From Enoplolaimus lenunculus (taxonomy: Eukaryota), in NCBI GenBank assembly GCA_030248215.1, contig JASANG010000864.1:186001-250000 (forward strand): 64,000 nt of DNA, in the 5' to 3' direction. The position numbers and the translations under genes are program-made. Positions 49,377 to 64,000 of the stretch are shown here, piece after piece (position 1 is the stretch's first letter; each line of letters opens with the position of its first letter). The notes under the pieces are model-generated. The model was not told where the DNA came from. It made no database searches and saw only the letters and a program-made list of their open reading frames with translations.

Positions 49377-50504
49377 GCAATGTGTATAGGTACATGATGA
49401 AGTGTTCCGTTTAAAGATGTATTTGTATAAGTACTATAATTTCCTCAAAATAGTAGCTACAGTTGATTTTACTAAGTTGTATTTTCAAATGTTAAAGTTT
49501 AAATTCCTCAATATACGACTGCAGATTAACACTTTAAACCTTTCAAACCGCTAGTAAATAGAATACCAGCTTCATTTTTATAAAGTTCGTTTATTAAGTA
49601 CACAAGTACTTAAAATATACGTCAATTTGAATGCTACTTCAAACTTTATTTATATTTGCTATATTAAAAATAATATATTTACTCTGGTGATTTAAATATT
49701 TATTAACGCTCAATTATAATACCTACACCTTACAATACTCTACGAGACCTTTAGTTTACGTACTAGAAAAGTTCAAAATACGTCTTCAAAAAAACTCTAA
49801 CACTGATGCCATGAAATATACTTTTTTCAAATTCTCATCGTTCGCGTTAAACTTGTAAAAACAAATTTCAACTGGACACTGAGAAATGGATTAAAGTTTG
49901 AAATGTGTGAAAAAGTTTAAGCCGATGGTCAAAAACTAAACTGTGACAACGTTTCGTTATGATTGTTTTTAAAAGAGAAAACGTCTATTTTCGGAATACT
50001 TTAATTTTTGAAGTTGTACCTTTTTTATCGAGTTTTACTTTACGGAATTCAACGGGTGCGAGAGTAATTTTTTGGAGTCTCAGGTCGAATCTGGGTTGAT
50101 TTCAACGATTGTCACCATTTGCGTTTTACTTACTTAGGAATCATGCTAAAAACAAACTGTTTGACTGAAAGTCAACGGTATGGTTACCGCGAAGTAAACA
50201 CCCTGAAGCACCAACAGTGAAATGATAACATTTGTTTCATGTTTTTGGATCGTTTTTAGGTCTCCATGAGCGCACGTACCGACTCATGATTTCCTACAGG
50301 TGACTCAAGCGAATTTTCGTTGACCAGAAACGCATCCAAAAGGTCAACTGAACGTTGCATTTTTACAAACAGCTCTGGCCGTAAACGCGCGTATGACAAA
50401 TTTTACTGGTATGGTTTCATTCATGCGTTGAAGTTCGCACCATTGTTTTCTGCTAAAAGAACTACAAAAACTCAGTTTTGATTGGACGATTTGTTTAGCT
50501 TTCA

Positions 50505-50794
50505 CGCCCATGTAAACATCAGGGGAGGAACGTTTTCATGTGAGACATGAATAGAATAAGCTTAAGCTTTAGACTAATTTTGTTGGTTGGCTTATGTTTA
50601 GGCTTAAGCTTAGGCTTAGGAATATATATGCTCATTCTTACGCTTAGGCTTAGGCATAGGCTTAGGAATATGCTCATTCTTACGCTTAGGCTTAGGCTTA
50701 GGCTTAGGAATATGCTCGTTTTTACGCTTAGGCTTAGGCTTAGGCTAGGAATATGCTTGTAATACTGTTCCGCACTTGTTTTTTTGCATTGGCC
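50505..50794. mobile_element. TTAGGC-family MITE, subtype A, with a triplicated internal module
   Basis: GCCCATGT...GCATTGGCC; (aatatgctcattcttacgc-TTAGGCn) repeated three times. Confidence 0.85.
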
Positions 50795-51330
50795 ACCTTT
50801 TATGCAAAAGATAGAAAAGTGTCGCCAAAACATACCAAAAACAAAACTCAGAATATTTTCAATTATTTTTCAACCTTCTTATAACAGAAAAATTGTTCTA
50901 TGAACTAAAAGTAAAATACTAGAAAACATAAATCTCGCGTAGTTTCGGCTATTTCATGTTTACATTACTGTTCAATTCGAGGAAGCAGAAATCTGCTAAT
51001 TGGACTAAAAAGGTCTGGATCCCTATAGACACAGGATCAATTCTGACTCACTCGGCCAACATCTCACTTTTCCAACAGTTAACTTTAGCACGAACTAATT
51101 TCTGTAATACCGGGTACCGGATACATGCGCTGCCTAACTTTCTAAACGAACGAGTAAAGAAGTACTTTGACAAGTTTTGTATAACCTGATTGATTATACA
51201 AGTATTTGCAGAATTAGAGTTAACCGGCCATCCAAATTAGAAATGAAATATTTTGGTTTATAAAAAGACACATGCGAATTAGATTGCTATATGGTTAATT
51301 TTTAATACACAAGACACACTTTTTAAGTCA

Positions 51331-52287
51331 CCTTTACGATCCAGTGGCTCTCCGCGGCGGATCCATGATTTTAGGGAGGATACGTTTTGTCAAACCTTTA
51401 CGACCCAGTCGCTATCCGTGGCGGATCCAGGACTTTAGGGTGGATCCGTTTTGTAAAACCTTTACGATCCCGTCGCTCTCAGTGGCGGATCCACGATTTT
51501 AGGGAGGTTACGTTTTGTAAAACCTTTACGACCCAGTCTCTCTCAGTGGCGGATCCAGGATTTTAGGGAGGATCCGTTTTGTAAAACCTTTACGATCCAG
51601 TCGCTCTCAGTGGCGAATCCAGGATTTTAGGGAGGATCCGTTTTGTAAAACCTTTACAATCCAGTCGCTATCCGTGGCGGATCCAGGACTTTAGGGTGGA
51701 TCCGTTTTGTAAAACCTTTACGATCCCGTCGCTCTCAGTGGCGGATCCACGATTTTAGGGAGGTTACGTTTTGTAAAACCTTTACGACCCAGTCGCTCTC
51801 AGTGGCGGATCCAGGATTTTAGGGAGGATCCGTTTTGTAAAACCTTTACGATCCAGTCGCTCTCAGTGGCGGATCCAGGATTTTAGGGAGGATCCGTTTT
51901 GTAAAGCCTTTACGATCCAGTCGCTCTCAGTGGCGGTTCCAGGATTTTAGGGAGGATCCGTTTTGTAAAACCTTTACGATCCAGTCGCTCTCAGTGGCGG
52001 ATCCAGGATTTTAGGGAGGATCCGTTTTGTAAAACCTTTACGATCCAGTCGCTCTCAGTGGCGGATCCACGATTTTAGGGAGGTTACGTTTTGTAAAACC
52101 TTTACAATCCAGTCGCTCTCAGTGGCGGATCCAGGATTTTAGGGAGGATACGTTTTGTCAAACCTTTACGATCCAGTCGCTCTCAGTGGCGGATCCAGGA
52201 TTTTAGGGAGGATACGTTTTGTCAAACCTTTACGATCCAGTCGCCTTCAGTGGCGGATCCAGGATGTTAGGGTGGATACATTTTGTC
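51331..52287. repeat. 64-bp minisatellite, 15 copies
   Basis: Unit cctttacgatccagtcgctctcagtggcggatccaggattttagggaggatccgttttgtaaaa; starts every 64 bp from 51331 to 52227. Confidence 0.97.
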
Positions 52288-55200
52288 TTGCGAAATTTTA
52301 CAAGTTTTGAACCGCGATTTTTAGCGAATTTTTCAATATGTTAAAGATTATTTGATTGCGCAATAAAGTGCAAAATTTTTGAATTTGGGGTTATAATCTC
52401 GTGTATTTTTCACCCACTTGACCAGACAACAAGTTTCAAGCTTCAAGTGAACTCTTTGGATCAGCCCAAATTTTCAGTACGGCAGCGCCAGTGGGGAGAT
52501 ACATCCTCCGTGGATCCACCACCGAGTGCTCCTCTTTAACTAGGGCACGCCAGTAGCCAAGTCACCCTGCTAGGGGTGATAAAACGTTTTTCAGGAGGGA
52601 CATAACAAGGGTATTCGATGACTTACAAATACAAGGTTGAAATGTTTGTAGGTGGCCAAAATTCTTACAGGATGTTGAGCTTCCTGGCTTCCCTCTGGCT
52701 ACGAGCCCGAAATGGGGCCCCACAAAAAGAATTATATACATCTCGTATCATCCACGGCACCAACGCGAATCATCAAATAAGGTAGTCTACAGTACCCTTG
52801 AGTTCATTCGTTGGAAAACGACTCATCCGTAAATCTTGAGATTTCACGTATTTCACTCAGCAGTAACTCATATTTTGTCATCGAGACTTTGAAATTCAAT
52901 ATGTCCCAATGCAAATTTAAAAGTCCTATTATTAAATTGAAAAATGGGATTTTAATTTGCACAAATATAATCATCCACTGATATTGCAAACTAATAAATT
53001 TAGCGAAATATTTCCGAACTCTCATACTAATACCTACTTGATTTTATCATTGTCAAGTTTGCTTGTACCCCTACAACGTCTAGCGGCTCCAAAGGGGTAC
53101 CACGGCTGCGCCCCCCGAATAGAGGTGAAATTGAAAATTTTTTACGTTAAGAATTAGTGAAATTAATATTTGTGGCTTCTGGCTTGTGTCGCTCGATAGC
53201 TTTTCGTTTGCTATATTGCGCGCACGACCCAACGTCAGAAATTTCCAACATCCGTCACTGTCCCAAAACCCATTATGAATTTTGAAACTTATAGGATTTG
53301 CGGTAGAACTCGAGTTATTGGCGAGTGCTTTTTGTTATGTGATAATCTTCTCAATATGTCCGGTCTATTTAAATGTATAAAAGATTATCATTTATACTTA
53401 TGTATTATTTTCAATAATAGTTTTGTTATATATTTTGTTTGAAATTGATATTATGGGAATACAACGAAATCCGCTTTTGAGTCGAGTAGGTATTTAATTG
53501 ATTTTGACGTTTCAATGTTCGATATCAGACCCATAAGGCAGTGCTATGCTGGACGAAATCATATTCAGTTAAAATGTTCACAATAATTTGTGTCTGCGGT
53601 AAATAAATGTTTCAATTTTTGTTTAACGTTTGAGTTCACGTTGGTTTCGCTAAATTAATGTTTCTTTTTTAACAAATAAAATGAAAAAATTTAATTGAGA
53701 TCATGAGTTGAAAAATTTTATTTAAAACTACTCAATTTATAAGTTTCTAATTTATATTTGCTAAATTTGCCTTTAAAGCCGGGGAAATATCTGGTTACGC
53801 TACTATCAAAAGGTCACTTAATTGTTCTTGATAGGAATTGGTCGTATATTAGACTTTAAGGGTTCGAATGAGATGACCTTAGGCCTTTATTAGATTTTGT
53901 GGATATTGGCAAGATTTGACGCTCTTAGAAGAGTGCTTTCTGATTTGAGAACGAATATGTTTTGTAACATGTTTCGTTCAAATGAAACATGCGAAGATTT
54001 AGTAATAACATTTTGCATATATGTATATATATTATATATACATATACATATATACATATATATATAAATATATATTATATATTTATTTCTTTATTTATTT
54101 ATGTATTTATTTATTTATATACTCGGTGTGCTCTGGTACGGACACGAATTCTCCGGTCTTATGCCGTTAAAGTTGTGATTAACAGATGGTTCGTTGTCGC
54201 CATTCTATTCGCACAATGTACTTTTCTGCACTGCTTCAATGAATGCTTTTAGTTCTTGGTCTTGGCCAATGTATTGAACAGGTCCGGAACAGCAGTATAG
54301 GAATATTCCTAAGCCAAGCCTAAGCCTAAGCGTAAAAGTGAGCCTATACCTAAACCTAAGCCTAAGTCTAAGCCTAAGCAAAAAACAGCATTTCGGATCA
54401 CCACTCCGTTTCCCCGCTGGCTGAAATGGCGTAGGTTTGGTCTTCAAAGCCGGTTATTCCGCTTGGGTTGAAAATCTTACGTATAGCATTCATAATCACT
54501 AACAAGAGTTACACGAGATGACAGCTAGCGTTTGAGCACCTTTCTCGAAGTCTAAGCGTCTTATCAAACCTTTCAATGAAAAGCAAAGCGAAGTTAATCA
54601 GAGATTTAAACGTCAATTTAATGTGAAGGATGAAATTTAAAAATTTGTGAAATGAAACATTTCTCGTTAGTTTAAGCTGTCGAACAAATGAAGTTGAAAA
54701 TTTTTAAAGACTTTTAGGCAAAATTTGTTCAAAAATATAAAATTACTCAAATTTATAATCTGATTTGAAAATTTAAGAACTTGTTTAATATTCGCTTTAA
54801 AATGTTGTCATTTTTGACGCTCGAACCGTGTCAAAAACATGTGGTCGACTGAAAATTTTTTGATGTCACAACCAAAACCAATTGATTAATGAAAGAATTT
54901 GCGAGACGATTTTATATTTTAGTAGCTATGTATTTTCATCAAATTTAAACTGACATCACTATTTTAAAATTTATTTTGAAATTAATTGCAATAATTTAAA
55001 CATTTAATTTTATGCAACATCTAGATATATATCGTATTTTTGAGTAGACTTATCCTAATGCAACAATTATGCATATAACAAAAACATGGTACATGCTATT
55101 TTTAGAGGCATTCTGATTTCGCGCGGATATTAATAGGGTAAGATTAGGCTCTAAAAGATAATTTATTGGATTTAGGCTTAAATTTAGACTTATGGTTAAG

Positions 55201-56140
55201 TACGCCAAGGTTTAGGCCAACACGTAAAACTGATTTGGACTGCGATGACAGGTTTTTGAAAGTAACAATAACTAAAAATATAATCTTAAGTCAGCAAATC
55301 AAAGTCAAATTTGTTTTTTCGCTCTGTAAGAACTTTTTCGCCAATCAGGATTTGATTGATGTGTAAAACAAGACTTTAATCAAATGGTCAACGTTTAAGC
55401 ATACCCAAGCCTATTGAAGATCTGTTATATACATTAAAATTTTTAGTTTTGTGACTAAAATTTCAATCAATTATCGACGATAATCTGAACGATTCTACTG
55501 TCGGTCTACTGTGCGTTTTACAAACCTAACGCCAGTGAGAATGGCGGTATGTCGCATATTCGAGGGCAGCGTCAAACCATTTGAAAAAATCGGTATTTAA
55601 CTTCAAAGTTGCCGCATATCTGTTGCGTATTTTTACATCCTAAATGCTTAAGGAGTTCGAGCAGTACAGGTTGCTGTAAAAAAGGTTTATCGAGATATTA
55701 CTACTGCATCATTTCTCACTTATATACTTTATGTTTTGTAGTGCAATTGTGTATTATTTTGTTACGCATTTTATTAACCTAACAGATGCAAAAAAAAGTT
55801 ACTGAGAGCGTTCGGAACGTTTGTGCTTTCATTAAAATTTCCAGCATCAAAGCATATATAACAGTTATAAGCCCGTGTTAATATATATATCCGCAATGCT
55901 CCGTTCATTTATGCACCATCCAGGTTATACTGTGCTCGCAAATGTCAAAAAATGTTCCACCATTTTTATACCTAGCTAAACTACGAACACTCTCTAAAAA
56001 TTATGTTTAAAATTTTGACCTACAAAATAAAATGGCCGGGCAAAAATAGTTTGTAAAAAACTGCACCCGTTTAAAATACAGTGCAAATTGTACGGTCAAT
56101 GTTTAGAAACTGTAGAGTTTAAAAGTTTTTTAATTTTTCA

Positions 56141-56378
56141 AATTTTGGCATGGAAAATTACATTTTGACGAAAAATTTCAAATGTTGGCGGAAAAATTTA
56201 ACTTTTGAGTAGAAAATTTAAATTGTGGCGGGAAAATTTAAATGTTGGCACGAAGTTCTAATTTTGGCGGAAAATTCAAATCTTGACGGGAAAATTCAAA
56301 TTTTGGCGGGAAATTTCAATTTTGGCGGGAAAACATAAATGTTTGCGGGAAACTTAAATTTTAGTCGGAACAATTAAT
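56141..56378. repeat. Degenerate ~20-bp tandem repeat, ~12 copies, consensus aaattttggcgggaaaattc
   Basis: Periodic TTGGCGGGAAA-like cores. Confidence 0.8.
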
Positions 56379-56600
56379 GTAAAGCGTTAAATTCAAATTT
56401 TTCGGTATATTCGAATTCTTGCCCATGAAAAACGCTGTCAAAATACCCTGCCATTTTTCGAAAATGTCTTTAAAATAGTCTGCAAAAAATACAACATATT
56501 AGCTAAACATAGTATGAAAATAATTTCTTTGTGCAAGAAATAACTGTAATTTCACAGCTACTTTCTAATATGGACATTTTTTACATTGGCGAGCGCAGTA

Positions 56601-57202
56601 CACACAAAATAAATTGTCTTAAAATTTCAAGACTCCTACTTTCTTAAATTTTCAAGACATTAATGTCTTGTATATCAGACATCAATAGCCTTAAACAGCT
56701 CAGAAATCGTTTCTTAAGTGGTTAAAACATAAATGTCTTATATTCAAGAAATTGCTATTGCCAATTTATAAGACACAAATTTCTTTCTTTCAAGAAAAGT
56801 TGTCTTTTATTCAAGCATTAATTTTCTGATTTTTATGTATGTAAAAAAAGTTGCTCCGTTTATATTCTTGCGAGAGTATATAAATAATGGAATTTCAAAA
56901 ATATTTTGGGTTGAGCTCAGGTTCCCCAAACTTAAGTTTACGTCTTGGACGTATCTTAGGTTGTAAAAATAGGGTATTGGGTTGAGCTTTAACTCCCAAT
57001 TTTGGAGTCGGTTTCTATGGCAAATCTCTGTGTTTTATTTCAGACATATTTGTCTTATATTTCAGAAACATTTTTTATAATCGTTCATCAAACAAAGTCT
57101 TCAATTTAACACATTTACGTGTGAAAAATTTGAGACCAATATTTCTGAAAAATTTAAGCAACATAAGTCAGACAATATTTCATGAATAGTTTGTTTTGTG
57201 TG
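56601..57202. mobile_element. TA-flanked MITE (CACACAAAA TIR family)
   Basis: TA-CACACAAAATAAATT ... TTTGTTTTGTGTG-TA; homologous to 42553-43727. Confidence 0.75.
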
Positions 57203-58155
57203 TATAACCTGGATGGTGCATTAGTGCATAAAACCACAGTTTGTTTGCAGCTTGTACCGCAAACGATTATTTTTATCGATTCTAATAACGGATTATGTTG
57301 TTTTTTTGCAATTTTTAACTACCTTATCAAATAGGTAATTAATAATCGTTTTAAACTTATTAGCTATGTAATTCTGTCGCTATTAAAATTTATGCGGTTC
57401 GTGTTGACAAAACAATTTCATTTCCAAGCTTATTTAACACATATTAGAGAAGCGAATAGAAACTGCTCTGTCATTTACAGATGTTTCGAGGATAGATTTA
57501 TGTGGAACGATTGAGAAACAACTTGTTTAGATTATAAATAGGCATTAAAATGTCATTTTGTATTACAGCGACAATATAAATCTTTAAATGTGCGAAAGTT
57601 ATCAGTTGCAGAACATTTTGTTCTATGATATTATGCGCAAAACTAAACTTCAGCGCTGTAGCTTTATATATAATCGGGTTTCGCCTTAACTGTCAGTTCA
57701 AATGGATTAAAGTTCAAAATTTTTCAATATAAATATTAGATATTAGCTTCGAGAGATTTTACAGCGAGAAAATCTGATCGAATAATATCTGCTTCAGTTT
57801 TTAAAATTGTCTACTTTTTTGAACACTTGCGCATTATGTAAATGTTTGAATTTGACACGGGCGGAGTCACAGATAGCCAAAATTTTCAGATGCAGTTAAA
57901 GTATATATTAAATTTGTAAGCTCATGACATTGTTTCAATCCCGGACCAGAACTTCGCGAGGGGGTCGGAAGGAGACGCCTCGCGGCAAGAAGATTTTGCC
58001 TCCTATTGAAATGTTTCCGAAACTCCTAACAAAACTATAGGATAAAATCCAGAGCTTGTATTTTTTGTTATATATTAATTGAAGCTTAAAATGTTATTTT
58101 GTATTTGTAGTTTAAGGTTATTACGTTTAACTTTTTATAGCCATATAAACCTCAG

Positions 58156-63106
<4,951 letters not shown>

Positions 63107-63433
63107 GTAAAGCGCTGGGTATAATGGCCAATATTCCTAAATCTAAACATAATCATAAAAATGAGCTTATACATAAGCCTAAGCCTAAGTCTATGCTAAA
63201 AATAGTCGAAAATTTAACTTTACTGTAGTGTAGTCCCGAATAAAAAACGTTGCGCTCCGGAACTTTACATTTGTCGGCACAACGAAGGTGGTATGTGTTG
63301 TCTTTTGAGCATTGGCGTATCCAGGATTTCATTTCAAGAGGATGTATAAACTTTATCTATTTGTATTTAAAAGGTTTTAGTGTGTGTGAATGGTGATAAA
63401 TATTTTAAAATTCTATGATTGAACAGATTATTT

Positions 63434-63856
63434 GTCCAATGCTACTTTTAGGATCGTAACAGTAGGTTAAGCGCTTTCCTAAGCCTAAGCCTAAGCGTTG
63501 CAAAAGTGTGTTCCTAAGCATAAGCCTAAGCGTAAGCAAAAAAGGTAATCTAGAATCTAAACCTACTCTTGTATACACTCAAAATAATATTTCTGATATT
63601 TAAGAAAATATTTCGTACATTTAAGAAATATAATTAGCATGGCGCACTTGAAAAGTATTTCTGTTATAACTTAAAAGTTTTCAAAAAAGCTTTGAAATAA
63701 AGTCTGAAAATAAACGTTTTTTTAGAAAACTTATCTTAAATATCAGAAAAACTTTTCAGATTTGCCACAGAAAATACTTTTCTGAATAAATTCAGAAATA
63801 CTTTTTTGTGTGTAGACCCGACAGAAACCTGGACGCCACTCAAAGTAACAGGGGCC
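63434..63856. mobile_element. TTAGGC-family MITE, subtype B, with a nested TA-flanked foldback MITE (63576-63812)
   Basis: Perfect TSD GATTATTT; insert TA-CACTCAAAATAATATTTCTGA...TCAGAAATACTTTTTTGTGTG-TA. Confidence 0.85.
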
Positions 63857-64000
63857 GATTATTTTGTCAAACCTATGAAATGGTCTATTTCGCCTGTCTA
63901 CATTTTGTGATTTATCGCCCCATTTGACACGTTTGGTAGATTTCAAGTTTGGATTGAAGCCTAAAATAAAATCGCTGAAAACGCACAAACACCATACCTG

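Noticed and set aside
50438..50449. Additional PSE-like matches (AAAACAATGGTG here; ATAACAATGGTT at 28494-28505)
   Set aside because: One-mismatch hits are expected by chance in AT-rich DNA. No Sm site, SL donor or known RNA lies downstream, and the second would start inside the BOLA3 CDS.
50580..50760. True telomere or telomere-addition site
   Set aside because: The TTAGGC runs are short, interrupted and enclosed by TIRs, so they are transposon cargo.
51331..52287. CRISPR-like regular array
   Set aside because: No unique spacers, eukaryotic context and no cas genes; it is a plain tandem repeat.
44714..54447. ORFs with LRLRL/LGLGL/KPKPK runs (44714, 50519, 50547, 54205)
   Set aside because: Translations of TTAGGC repeats inside MITEs.

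Overview
Eukaryotic, intron-rich and repeat-rich DNA, most likely from a nematode outside the C. elegans group. The evidence is TTAGGC telomere-type repeats, a nematode-type U1 5' end, relaxed YAG acceptors and a clear Dbx gene; the taxon is an inference. The + strand carries the 3' part of a MARCH6/Doa10 E3 ligase gene (123-23057; RING exons lie upstream of the window). Its 8.8-kb intron holds a U1 snRNA gene, decayed L1/Tx1-like LINE pieces, a 135-bp tandem array and a hAT transposase remnant. The - strand carries a co-oriented cluster: VPS25, TRMT61A, TRNAU1AP/SECp43, U3 snoRNA and BOLA3-like. VPS25 and TRMT61A are only ~220 nt apart, which is operon-like. A gene-poor, MITE-rich stretch (42-58 kb) precedes a Dbx homeobox gene with long polyQ/polyN tracts that runs off the end of the window. 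The most notable observations are: ~20 copies of GG-ended, 8-bp-TSD (Merlin-like) MITEs carrying TTAGGC repeats; a 12-bp motif at the same position upstream of U1 and U3 (candidate lineage-specific PSE); three tandem arrays derived from transposon sequence; a likely GC-AG intron; and a very large low-complexity insertion in MARCH6. Exon coordinates were read by hand and may be off by a few bases.
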